The translations under genes and the position numbers were made by a program. 64,000 bases of DNA from Chrysomallon squamiferum (lineage: Eukaryota > Animalia > Mollusca). This document shows, in pieces, positions 43,035 to 62,497 of this stretch. The DNA lies in NCBI GenBank assembly GCA_012295275.1, contig CM022677.1:24986001-25050000 (forward strand), in the 5' to 3' direction. Each line of letters opens with the position of its first letter. Position 1 is the stretch's first letter. The notes beneath the pieces are model-generated. The model worked only from the letters and a program-made list of their open reading frames with translations. It had not been told where the DNA came from and did no database searches.

Positions 43035-46000
43035 AGAGAGAGAGATATAAAGAATGAAAGAGCACGCAGACATTAGACATTTTTGATATCACTTGTACCT
43101 GGTTTGACTTGAATGGTCTGTTTTTCCCGATCCGGACGAGTTCTCCGACTGGACAGATGTTGTGACATCACTGGACTTTGCAGGTGAAACCTCGCGATAA
43201 TCTGACTGATACACTGCCTCCGACAGATTCGCTGAAACAACAGTAACCATATCAACCATTGCAGAAGATAAATAAACAAACAAATAAATGAATGAATGAA
43301 TGAATGAACTGTATGAATGAATAAATGAATGATTGATTGAATGAATGAATAAATGAACAGTATGAATGAGTGACTGAATAAATAAATAAATAAATAAAAG
43401 CTAATTCAAATCAAACAAATGCTTATTATGACTGTTATTTTCACAGCAGCAAAACTATTAATGTTCTAACATTTATTTAATACACAGTAAGTGAATTCTT
43501 ATATGTGAGATCACTTTTAGTGACTGGAACAGTAAAGATTAGTGGCATTAAACAGTAAAGATTAGTGTTATTAAACAGTAAAGATTAGTGTTATTAAACA
43601 ATAAAGATTAGTGGCATTAAACAGTAAAGATTAGTTGCATTAAACAGTAAAGATTGGTTGTATTAAACAGTAAAGATTAGTGGTATTAAACAGTAAAGAT
43701 TAGTGGTATTAAACAGTAAAGATTAGTGGTATTAAACAGTAAAGATTAGTGGCATTAAACAGTAAAGATTAGTGGTATTAAACAGTAAAGATTACTGGCA
43801 TTAAACAGTAAAGATTAGTGGCATTAAACAGCAAAGATTAGTGGCATTAAACAGTAAAGATTGGTGTTATTAAACAGTAAAGATTCATTAAACAGTAAAG
43901 ATTTTTAACAGGTGTGTACTTAGATTCTGAAACATTTGTTCTAACATTATTGATCACAACAGATCTTACTTTAGTATAATAATTATAACTAGAAGAATGC
44001 ATGCATCTGCAGAATTATAACAAAAGCAATCAACATGGCATCAAATGATATACAAAGAATTACAACAATATATCCACAGAATTACACTTACAGGATTCCT
44101 ATATACTTAATTATAGTTTCCACAAATAATTTTAATACAACATTCCTAAATGTAGCCTAGTATTCAAAGAATTGCAACTGCATTATCCCTAAGCATAACA
44201 CAATATTCTAGAATAATTGTATGTAACCATGTTTCAACATGACTGTAAATATCCTAAGTACTATGTCTATAGGTGTAACCATAGTAACTGTATATCATAG
44301 CAACGTGATTCATTAATTTTTCATTTTATACAGAGGACTTCCAAAATAACATTTCTTACAATTACTGGTCTCTTGTTGCCGTAGAGATTTTATTCTGTAA
44401 GGCACTGCACCATTTTCTATTGCCATGGCGACATCATCGTCAAGGAAAGACAATGTAAAATCACACTGGAAATAAAATATTTAAAAATTTGAAATTCTCG
44501 GATTTAATTTATCCAGTATTTTTTATCATATATTTGTTCTTTAAATTATAGAAATAAAATTAACCATCTAGATGCATTTTTTTTTTAAATGATATATGTA
44601 AAATGGATGAAAAAATATAATTTGTCAGTGAAAGTTGATGTTGTTGTTGTTACTAATATCAAATATAAATGTATTGCTTGTTGTGAATTCATTTCTGTTA
44701 AGAAACTGTTTTTTGTTTTTGTTTTTTTTACCGTTTTATTATTCTTTTCTTTTCTTGGAATATTCACAGACAAGTTGATCAGCTGTCTCAGTTCAGTCAC
44801 TTTCTGCAAGAAAATTAGAATGTTCTGTTAGTTGTTAGGACATTAAGAATTATAACTTATTTTTATGTTTTTTAGAGTATGAATTGTTAATAGCACCAAT
44901 AAAAAAAACCTAAAGTGACAATTCTACCTATTTTGAATTTATGAAATTTAATATAAAAAAATACAGACAGACAGACAGATAAGAAGTGAAAAAAAGCTTG
45001 ATAATGTGGGTTAGTTTGTAAGTTATTGGAGTGAAGGACAGAAAGATATTTCCATATTCATATAATTAATGGTGGAAAATAATAATAATAATAATCATAA
45101 TAATAATAATAATGTTGATGATGATGATGAAGATGATAATGATTAAGATAATGACAATAATAATAACAATAATAATAATAATAATAATAATAATAATTAT
45201 TATTATTATTATTATAACAACAAATTTGTTTATTGCATGTCAAAACACAGTTATTCAAACACATTTTATTTTTGAACTATCAACTAAATAATTAATAACA
45301 ATTTCTTATCAAACAACAACAATAAATAATAATAAAAAAAAAAAAATCAATGATGCACATTTTCTCATGTACCTGTTTAAGAAAAGAAGCAGTCAAGGGG
45401 AGATCACTGATGCTGGCTAACACCATCGACTGGTCATCTGAAGACAACGACTGTGTCACGACAAACGTTGTTAACGCACAGAGAATCAAGGCAGATAACT
45501 CTTCATCCGTCTGCTTTTGCGACAAGAGGTGAAGCAGAACTGGAACAACAGCAGAAGAATTTCCTAAATCGTGACTCGTCTGTCCTGTCACCTGTAAAAA
45601 TATCACCTGAGTTAAACCTGATTCAAGTCTGAATTACTGTTTCTTAAGAGGGAAATCTTATCAAAAAGATAAATCATAAAATACTGAACTGCAATTTTCA
45701 TATCATTAATTAGTTAATTAATTAAATAATAATAATGAAAATGAAAATGATAGTAATAATGATGATGATGATGATGATGATGATACTACTACTGTTAATA
45801 ATGTTAATAATTATTTTAACTATTTACAGTATTCACTCTGAGTAAAACTTCCAAACATTTAAACAACTAATTTATTAAAATACTTAGATATATATGTGCA
45901 CACTGACTCACAAACACACACATTCTCACAAAGACAAACACGCAAAACACACACACACACATACAGATGCACAACTTATCCATACCTAGCCGTACACACA

Positions 46001-47492
46001 AACAAATCCACACATACACAAAAGACCCCCCCCCCACACAGACACACCCTGCTGACTCCCCCCACACAGACACACCCTGTTGACTCACCCACACAGCCAG
46101 TTTAAGAACTGTTGTTGGGGAAGTGTTTTCTTGTAGACATGTCAGATATTTCTCATTCAGATACAGTCTGAAATCTTCATCAAACTGATGATAATCTGAA
46201 AAAAAACCATAACAAACAGTCACAATCAAAGTTTTAGCTTTTATAAAGAACTGTGATTTTAAATAATAATAGTAATGATAATGATAATAATAGTAATAAT
46301 AATAAAAATTTATATGAAGTAAATGAAATTAAAAAAAAGAATAAGACAAATCAATGAATGAAAATGAAAAATGAATAAATAAATAAATAAATGAAATAAA
46401 TGAAAAATAAATAAATCAATAAATAAATAAATAAAGAAATAAAAATAAATAAACAAACAAATAAATAAATAAATAAATAATTTTAAATAAATAAATAAAA
46501 TAAAATAAAAACAATCAAACAAAGTAGATTTACTGTTGAATAACATTGATGGCTTGTCTATACTGGAGCTTAGTGAGAAAGATTAAACAGAGAAATAACT
46601 AATAATTAACTATCCATCCATCCATCCATCTATCTAAATAAAAAAATAAAAAAATAAGTAAACAGAATAATTTGTTAAACATAGTTGATAAAGACTGTAT
46701 TTAACTGAAATCTACTTTCACACAGTAGAAGACAAACAAACAAAACAAACAAACAAACAAACAAATAAACAACTGAATAAACAAGACTTACTGTGCTGAA
46801 TAAAGTTGCTGACAACTGAAGTTAACTCATCTGTGTTTACACACAACAACACACTGTGCATTGTTTCCATGTACCATCTGAAATCTGGATACAGAGTTCA
46901 AAAGTCAAGGTCATTTCAAATAACATTTACTAGTACTAGTACTACTACTACAACAACAACTAACTACTGCCACTACTACAACAACAACTAACTACTGCCA
47001 CTACTACAACAACAACTAACTACTGCCACTACTACTACAACAACTAACTACTGCCACTACAACAACAACTAACTACTGCCACTACTACAACAACAACTAA
47101 CTACTGCCACTGCTACAACAACTACTGCCACTACTACAACAACAACTAACTACTGCCACTATTACAACAACAACTAACTACTGCCACTACTACAACAACA
47201 ACTAACTACTGCCACTACAACATCAGTTATGATTCTGCAATTAGGATGCAGAGTTCCTCTCAGGATAAAGTGAATTTAAATAATATTTATTATTACTACT
47301 ACAGCAACAACTACCAATGCTACTACTACTACTACTTCTATTACTACTACAGTCAATTTAAATATATCAGTATGTGAAATAATACTTATAAAAATAGATT
47401 CCATTACAACAGCTGCTGCTGCTACTAGAACAGCAACAACAACAACAACAACAAATATGATATAAAATCTGGTACTAAACTACTGCTGTTAT

Positions 47493-47541
<49 letters not shown>

Positions 47542-50500
47542 GCAATTACAATTCAGAAATCAGGATGTAGAGTTTTTGGATGTTAAGGTATTTTACAAGT
47601 CACTATATTAATATTTATCAATTTTTTTTATTAAAATACTACTACTACTACTATTACTACTACTACATGCAGTACTTTTACTATGTTACAGTGCAATTCA
47701 CAATTCAATAAAAAAAAGATGTAAAAGTTTTTAGATGTTATTTTATTTTACAAGTCACTATATTAAATATTTTTATCAATTTTTTTTTTTTTACTACTAC
47801 CACCACTACTACTACTACTACTACAATTACAGAAATCATTTTCAGTTTTTTTTGGATATACATTCTAGCAACAATAAAAAAACTATATAAAATTCTATAA
47901 CATCTAAATATATATACACACACATATATATATATGTACACACATGCACACACACATACACATATACATATATATATATATATATAAATATATATGTATA
48001 TGTATATGTATAAGTATATATATAATACTGGTGATAACAAGAGTGAAATACAAAAGGATATGCTGCAGCAAGTTGGCTTATTTGGTTTGCGATCTCCAAC
48101 TTGAAATATTTATCAGCAGACTTCATCAGTTGTTCTGTCAGCTTTGAGCAAATTGTGTTTACATTGGACATGTTGGCGATTCCCACCAACAGCTTCAGTG
48201 TCTGCGAATACCAGAAAAAATAACAATAATATTCTGTTAATAAGAAATGTGTCAAGTTGTGAGTGGACTAGTTTAGAACAATAACGATTAAAATTAATAG
48301 TTTTTTAAAGCAGTATTATTACATAAGGATGTATTGTTATTCTTTTTCTTATTATTATTATACTGTTATTATTATTACGTGTTATTGTTACTGTTATTGT
48401 CATCATTATTATTATCTTTATTATCACTATTATTATTATTGTTATTATTATTACTGGTACTATTTTTTTTTACTATTATTATTACTACTATTGTTCTTAT
48501 TGTTATTATAGTTATTATTATTACTATTACTATTGTTATTTTTCTTATTATTGTTATTATTGTTACTATTATAATTACTATTATTATTATTATTACTATT
48601 ATTATTATTACTACTGTTATTATTATTATATTATTATTACTATTATTATTGTTATTATTATTATTACTATTACTATTATTATTACTATCATTATTACTGT
48701 TATTATTATTACTATTATTATTATTATTATTACTATTATTATTACTATTATTATTATTACTATTATTACTATTGTTATTATTATTGTTATTATTGTTATT
48801 ATTATTGTTATTATTACTATTGTTATTGTTATTGTTATTGTTATTTTCATTGTTATTGTCATTGTCATTGTTTGTTATTACCTGTCTCTGAATGGCTTCA
48901 TCCTGCTCATCGAGACATTCGACCACTGTCACCTGGTGACTGGTTGCATAGACTGGGTCCACTCTGATCAGTGCAGACAGTGCTTTTATCCCTACAGTCA
49001 GAAAAAAACCAGTCTACTTCAACTTCAGTTATTATACAAATTGTGTAATTTATTATCTGTTTCTAACTAAACGACTCCTTTAATAATTAGTAACCAAACA
49101 ATAAAAAATAAAATAATAATTAATAATAAAAATAAGGAATTTTTTTATTTTTTATTCTTTTCTTTTTTATGGGATAAAGAATAGTGTTTACTTACATTAT
49201 TTATGCAATAGGGTTTACTTTATTTGATGTGATAATGATAATAGTTCAATTTCATTTTTATAATCTCACACCATATTTTCGTCTGTTACTATGAAATAGC
49301 AAAGTAAATAAAACATTTCAGTGTTGTATTTTTTTTTTTTGCATATTCAGAACTAGTGACAACTAAGTCATTATAAACATGATAGACAATTTTCTAATAC
49401 TTAAAACATCATGAGTATCATAAAAATGGCAGCACCTCACTATTTTTCATATCTACTCTTTGTACCTATTTTTTGTCATTAGACTTCATTATTAGTCAAG
49501 CAAGAAAAAAATTAAAAATATAAGAAAACGTACACTTTATGACAAAAATAGGTTTGAAGAGTTTCCTAAAAAAAAAAGAGTTATAGAAAGAAAGTGTGTA
49601 CCTAGATATCGAAGGTTGTGGCTTGAAGATTGTAAAAATCTCTTCACACATTTTGACACTTCATTCAGTAAGTCTGAGTTCGGTTTTACTGATGTTGTTG
49701 TGATAATACACTCGTACAAGACAGCTGAAAACAGAGTTTTTTTAATTATATTGTCTGTCAACAGTAAAGAATCAGTATGTGAGAGAGAGAGAGAGAGAAA
49801 GAGGCAAGATATATATAAATATACATCATTGTGTAAAATAATATTTATTACTACAACTACTACTACTTCTATTGCTACTACTAACTACTACTGCTACTAC
49901 TACTATTACTGCTATTGCTACTACTTCTGCTACTACTAGTACTACTGCTATTGCTACTACTACTATTACTTCTACTGAGAGAGAGAGGAGTCAAGATATA
50001 TATCTAAAATCATTGTGAGAAATAATATTTATTACTACATCAAGTACTACTAATCCTATTACTACTGCTACCGTTACTACTACTATGACTACTTCCTACT
50101 ACTACTGCTACTGTTACTACTACTATGGCTAAATCTGGATACACAGTTTTTAGATGTTATTTTTTGAAGTTATTTTAAATATACTGGGGGGGGGACAAGA
50201 TAAAATGTATATAATCTGCTACTACTATTGCTGCTACTACTACTTCTACTACTTTTGCTATTACTATTAATACTACTGCTACAACTACTACAGCTACTGG
50301 TATTATTACTACTACCAACTACTACCATTGTTTTGAAATTAAGAGGCTGTGTTTTTGAATGTTACAGTATTTACAAGTCAGTTTAAAATATATGAAATAA
50401 TATTTATAAATAATATATATATAAAACAGAGAGTAAGCTTGAGAGACAGACAGACATACAAACAAACTCAGACACACATACACATACAATTTCTTACCAT

Positions 50501-50625
50501 AAGCAATATTTTCTTTAAGCTGATGCCTAATTAGAACTTCAGATAAAACTGGGTACATCATGTGACTCAAACTAAATGAATAAATACATTTTTGTTATTA
50601 ACAATAACATTTGAAATAATACTCA

Positions 50626-50659
<34 letters not shown>

Positions 50660-51248
50660 AAGTTGTGCAATCCTGTTTACAAGACACAAATAAATGATTT
50701 AATTTTCCTTCTTACTCTACCAAATTATTGCTTTATCTGTTTGTGAATTTTTTTTCTATTGGTTGCCAATCTTTGTTACCAATAAAGTTAATTCATACAT
50801 GTGAATATATCCATATCTATACATACATCTGTACATATTATTTATCTTTAGTCTGTGTGTGAGAGAGAAAGATTTTGCTAATTATAATATATTTTTTTTT
50901 TACCTTACCTTTCAGAAACAGATCCTAGCAAACCTAAGATCCTTAGCAACTGAATCTGTAACCATGGTAACGGGATCCTCCGATATTCGTAATCAGAAGG
51001 GAATGACCTGTCTATGACCTGGTGCAGAATTTTAACTAAACTCTCTCCTACACTTACATATTTTTCTGGATCTTTCTTTAAATTATAAAATATAGTAATT
51101 ATTAGCATGAAACTGTATTATAAACAAATAAATAAATAAATAAATAAATAAATAAATAGTGTATGGATGAACTGATGTAGTATTTCAACCAAATCATACA
51201 TAGCTGTATTCAAAGTATACATAAGCTGATTATTAATATTAATAACTG

Positions 51249-51299
<51 letters not shown>

Positions 51300-51674
51300 G
51301 CTGTAGAATATGTAATTAAATATGTAAACAAATAAACAAACAAACAAACAAGAAAAAATAAATATACAAATAAATAAATAAATAAATAAATATACAAATA
51401 AACAAACAAGAAAAAAATAAATATACAAATAAATAAATAAATAAATAAATATTTACCTGTACAAAAAGACTGAGGATGTTGAGAACAGCACTAATTACAC
51501 CTGGATCTCTGTCTCCTAGCAACAGCTGAATTGTGCTCCTGTGATGCTGAAGGAGACTAGGAGCCTTGATAAACATTTTGTGTAAACAGTGAACTGCCCT
51601 TGACCTTACAAGTTCCCTAAAAAAAAAAAAAGAAGAAGAAAAAAAAGAGAAAAAGATGTATATACATGTATATG

Positions 51675-51744
<70 letters not shown>

Positions 51745-54153
51745 AGGCAAGGGGCAGATAGAGAAAAGGAAATTAAATATATCGTCTGTTGAGAAACTGG
51801 GAAAGCAGGGAAAAGTGGCAGATGACACTAAAGAAATGGAGCAGTTAGTGAAAATCATGGGAGTCAATATCTAGACAAATGAAGGCTGACATTTTGGGGG
51901 TATTTCGGCACAAAGCAGCCACATAAAGGGACAGGGAAGGCTGCCCTCCTATTACTGCATAGAAGAAACACTGTATATACAGTCATCTATTGTAACAGAT
52001 ATCTATTACTGCACACAGCTAAACACAGTTTTTGTAACCATAGATACACAGATATGCAGAGTCAGAAATGTACCTTCGATGTTTCAGTTTATCAAGTATT
52101 AGAGTTAGGAACTGTTACTTTAGTCATTAAATTATGAATTTTATTACTTCAGTTATTAGTATTTCACTGAGCAAACTTTAAAAAGGATAGCTAAGTGGTA
52201 ACATCGTCTGTCTTTGGAAGCCAGGTGATGAATGGGTGACACAGGTTCGAGTCTCATCAGCGTCATTTGTGAGGTTGTGATTGGACTTTGTCATCCGTAA
52301 CAGTTTATTCACGAATATTGTCTACGTGCAGAGTCTAATCAGACGTACATAAGACAGAGAATATTCAGTCCTGAGTACTTACATACACAGAGACATACAT
52401 ACATACATACATACAAACACACATAAAGACAGTTACCGTGGATGTTTTAGTTTGTCCAGTATTAAAGGAAGCAGTAGAGGTATTGACTCCACATTCACCA
52501 ACTGACTTGCAGCAGTCAAAGCCATGTAGTTGTCCAGGATGTTGCTGCTTTTCAAATCCTGGCAGTGAAAAAAAGAAAAATTCAAAATAAAACAAGAGAA
52601 ACATACTGTCCAGTTCCTTGCTTGATTCAGATTATAAAGATTTTTAAGTGGATCAGGCATAATACTAACGAATGGTTGAATGAAATTATATTTATTTTCT
52701 CATTATTAATGTAAAATAATCACACTGAAAAGTCATCTAAAGAGAATATTTTAACCAGTTTTAGAGAAGTTTACTGTAGTGGTATTATCTTTTCTTAAAA
52801 CTGTAATAACGTTTCAAGAAAGAATTTCTCAATCTCGCATGAAAGGAGATTGTAGATTTTTTTTTTTTTTATTTACCTTCTGAATCGTGTTAATCAGCAG
52901 AACAATCATTTCATCACCTTCGTGCAGCATTAAGGCAACAGACATGTAACCTGAAACAAACAAATAAATTTCAGTGGCCTTGTATTTATTAAAATTGAAA
53001 GAAATTGCAAGAATACACAAAATACATCAAAAAAATAAAGAATGAGAATGTGTGTTTATGAGTGAGAGAGAAGAAAATGTCATTTGGTATTGTTATAAAA
53101 ATTATATACAAATTTAGTTATCTATACATTGGATGGATGAATTAGTTATCTGTACATTGATAGCATTATTGATTAATTAACTCACCTACAGGTTGATAAT
53201 TGATAATAAATTGTTTTAAAATAAATATTGTATATTTATAATATATAATTATTAACTCACCTATATGTTGATAAAATGTCGTTTGGTATTTCGTTATAAG
53301 ATGTGATACTGTATATTTATAATATATAAATTAACTCACCTATATGTTGATAGTTCGCTATAAGATGTGATATTGTATATTTATAATATATAAATTAACT
53401 CACCTGTATATTGACTGTTAGTATATAACTGCTGTATTGTTTACACACTCACCTATACGTTTGCTAATGCCTGTTCCTTTCTGTGCTAGTTTAACTGCGT
53501 GGATGTGAATGAACGAAGTGTCATAACCCAACATTGAACAGAAAGTCAGTCTACCCAGATAGTCACAGATCTGATACTGAAAACAGAATTAAAATAATAA
53601 TTAGATACGAAATCTATAAAATAATTTAAATAATAATTACACACACACACTCACACACATAGATACATATATTAATATATACACACATATGTACATATAC
53701 ATATATTAAGAAATGATCATTGTCAATACAGTTTAACACACAAACAGAATATAAATGAAATAAAAGTTTAATTTTGTTCCCTCTAGAAATATCTATCAAT
53801 GTTATATTTTACTAAAATGCTAAATGACAAATGCTGTAGATGAATGCAGTAATCATTCTTCTTGCAATAAATAAGCTTTTAATTTTGTAATAATACTGAG
53901 GTTCACTGATCATATGAAAGTAAGCCAAACATACATAAACACATAGAATCACACAAACATACACTCATCCAAACAGAGAAACATAAACAGATAAACACAG
54001 AACATACACATATACACACACACACAACACATACACACCAGCACATATATATGAACAGAGAATAGTAGATATATACTCACATAGAAATAAATGTACAGAT
54101 AAACACATACACAGACAAAATATACATACACATAAACATATATAAGTAAAATA

Positions 54154-54192
<39 letters not shown>

Positions 54193-54646
54193 ATGTACTC
54201 TCACAAGACATACAAAAACAGAACAACTTACACTGGAGATGTCTGGCTGTGCTATCACTTTTTGCAACATCTCCATTTCTCTGTGTACTATCTGCTCTTC
54301 CTCCTTCAGAATAAATACATGACAGTTTTAAATAAGTAAGTTACTTCCTCACAGTCTTATATAAGCAATTTTAGAATTACTCTTTAATTTTTTACAGGAT
54401 AAATGCCTTGAGATTATTCATAGAAAAATAATAAAATTTGTCTATGTAATGACTAAGTCTTATGATTTGTTGTGAAACAATAAATAGGTTTTAAATTCAA
54501 CAGAATAAACATAAATTGAATTGATGTGTTGAAAAGTTCTGTACAATATAAGTATGTTGGTTATTATTAAATGACTACCATAGAAAGGAAAATAGATTAA
54601 AAACAATAAACACACTTGTAGATACATACACACAGTGATAAACACT

Positions 54647-54725
<79 letters not shown>

Positions 54726-55053
54726 AAAATAACACACCGATATCAAGATAAATATTAAAATTTATGAAACATATAAAAGAAGAAACAGAAAAGATATACG
54801 CAGTCTGTAACTGAGAAACAACAACAACAAACAAACAAACAAACAAACAAACAAAAAAGAAAACAGATACTGAGACAGACAGACTGAATAATTATTTACT
54901 TACATATTTTGACTCGGTACTATTAACCTGATTAATGAAAGTCTGAAAGCCTCTTGGTGGTACATTTTTATTCGGCCTATTACTCCCTCCAAGAATATTT
55001 TCCGAGAGGAATTTCGGAAATGACGCGAGTGTTTTTTCAACAATATCACTCAT
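41168..55053 (-). CDS. AP4E1: AP-4 adaptor complex subunit epsilon, about 985 aa, 20 coding exons
   Basis: N-terminus MSDIVEKTL, IHAVKLAQKG, GYMSVALMLHE, PLILDKLKH, PWLQIQLLRILGLLG, HNLRYLGIKAL, HQVTVVECLD, DFTLSFLD...GAVPY, RRVWGQEG and LAQALFEGI all match my recollection of AP4E1. Exons: 54904-55053, 54232-54303, 53453-53576, 52877-52950, 52437-52558, 51457-51616, 50909-51075, 50498-50571, 49602-49724, 48882-48991, 48062-48201, 46792-46895, 46089-46195, 45373-45591, 44732-44803, 44360-44465, 43099-43231, 42781-42877, 42209-42280, 41168-41899. All phases are consistent, and AATAAA follows the TGA immediately. Confidence 0.93.
43528..43905. repeat. 23-bp minisatellite, about 16 copies
   Basis: Unit AACAGTAAAGATTAGTGG(C/T)ATTA. 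Confidence 0.9.
46896..48061 (-). other. U12-type (minor spliceosome) AT-AC intron in AP4E1
   Basis: 5' end GC|ATATCCTTTT (U12 consensus RTATCCTT), branch site ACCTTGAC at 46911-46904, 3' end ...TTTTGAAC|T. Splicing here gives LAAALYPDFRWYMETM, colinear with AP4E1 LAEKYAPDNAWFIQTM. I found no suitable GT-AG pair. Confidence 0.9.
46950..47220. repeat. ~27-bp minisatellite inside the U12 intron
   Basis: Unit AACTAACTACTGCCACTACTACAACAAC, about 10 copies. Confidence 0.85.
48330..48880. repeat. Degenerate (TTA/TTG)n microsatellite
   Basis: Seen directly. It is the source of the poly-L/I/N ORFs. Confidence 0.93.
52185..52345 (+). mobile_element. tRNA-derived SINE head or tRNA pseudogene
   Basis: Pol III A-box-like TAGCTAAGTGG (52188-52198) and B-box-like GGTTCGAGTC (52244-52253). 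No convincing complete cloverleaf or T-run terminator. Confidence 0.45.
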
Positions 55054-56048
55054 GAAGACTGTGTAGGCAAAACTAGATGATCATCTTCATCCTACTTTGT
55101 TGGTGTTTGCGGTATAAGGGAAATAACTCTAACATTTTATAGTATCGATTCTCCCAACTGCCCATAAACAGACAGTAGTTATCAAGACAGTACACATTTC
55201 CGACATTTTTCTTGAGGGGTTATATCAAAAGGTGGCGGTTTTATAATTACTTAAACATTCTAGCAATTTGTACAGGGACAGAGTATGCCATAAAGCGGCC
55301 TCTAAGCAATACCTTAAAAAGAACAGCTTCAACTATAAATAAAAAGGCAACAACAGCAAAAATCACAGTCTCTATAATATATAAATAATAATCAAAAGAC
55401 ATATATAAACACAATTATGAAATAAGATTCTTTGACCTGTTTTGAATATCCTCTCCTAGACCATAACTGATAAACATTAAAGAAAACTTAATGTCCTGTT
55501 TCATGCTACATTTGGGTTTCTATTATCATAATCTTGTTTTACAACCTGGTTGATATCGCGGAAAAACAAAACTAAACAAAGCAACATGTCAAAATTTATT
55601 AGTTCACAAATAATATGCCTTTGAGCCAGGTCTTCGTGCATTTTATTATTCAAGAAATCTTGGCTAAACATTACATTACCAAAAAAACAAAACAAAAAAC
55701 AAAAATAGTTTTTCTGTGACTGTATATCTTTCTAGTACCCTGCCTAGCAATTTCAACTGACTAACGGTAAAAATAAGCAGAACATACATTATTGCATCAT
55801 ACCAGTACGAACATTAATATGGGAAGTTTTAAAATAAATGTTACTAAAGTTTGTTTAAAATTAAAACAAATGAAACGTATCCACTGTCAATAAAAAAGAA
55901 ATTATTTAAACAAATCCAAAATAGCCACGATCATTAAAATTAACTAAAATTCGTTTTGGTAGTTTAATAAAGGGTATAAAGGGCTTGGATCAGCGGTGTA
56001 GAGAGGTTTTGCTGTATTTATTTCTACAAATCACACATCGCTGACATT

Positions 56049-61694
<5,646 letters not shown>

Positions 61695-61774
61695 GAATAA
61701 ATAAACAAATCAGCACTATATTACTCCGTCACACTTTAAACGTTTCCATAGTAAAGAAAACTTTACATACGCAG

Positions 61775-61842
61775 TGTCTATATATAAATATTAATCCACG
61801 AGAAGAATCCTAAAAGTTCTATCACGCGATCGATTGGTCCGT
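61775..61842 (-). promoter_or_regulatory. Candidate core promoter (TATA plus CCAAT) of the SOD-like gene
   Basis: On the minus strand, GGACCAATCG (about 61831-61840) and TATTTATATATAG (about 61778-61790) lie 85-145 bp upstream of the ATG at 61694, in a CpG-containing stretch. Confidence 0.45.
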
Positions 61843-62204
61843 TAAGAAAGTAAATGCCGCCTCGTTTTCGCCCCTGTAGATTTCGTGTCAGTGTGCAGAC
61901 GAGTTGTTATAGTTACTTTCTTTCCCTACTCGGTGAAAATGAAATTGGTAAGCGGAAACGATCGCTGGATATTAAGCAATATAATTATTCAGATATAATA
62001 ATGAACAAAAAATGTATTTATTTATTTATTGATTTACTTCCTTATTTATTTATTGGCTTAAATATTTATAGTTTTCTCATTAATTTTACATAAGCATACA
62101 GAGACACAGACATTGTTTTTCTTCAAATTTATACATCTTGGTGATATGTAAAGTAGCACACATGCGTGCTTGTGTGTTTCTTTGTGTTTGTTTCTTGTTT
62201 TCTT

Positions 62205-62243
<39 letters not shown>

Positions 62244-62413
62244 AAAACAAAATTTTTTATGCCGATGAGACAAGGCGCAATGCAAACCCAAGTGTTTGTA
62301 TTTTCACTATTCAAAACACACATAATGTCATTATTTTACGCTAACATTTCTTTATTTATTTATATATTTATTTATGTACTTACTTAATTACTGATTGAGA
62401 GAGACAGACAAAC

Positions 62414-62497
<84 letters not shown>

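Noticed and set aside
48334-48962. Poly-Leu, poly-Ile and poly-Asn ORFs resembling membrane proteins
   Set aside because: They come from a (TTA)n microsatellite. Only 48882-48991 is a real exon.
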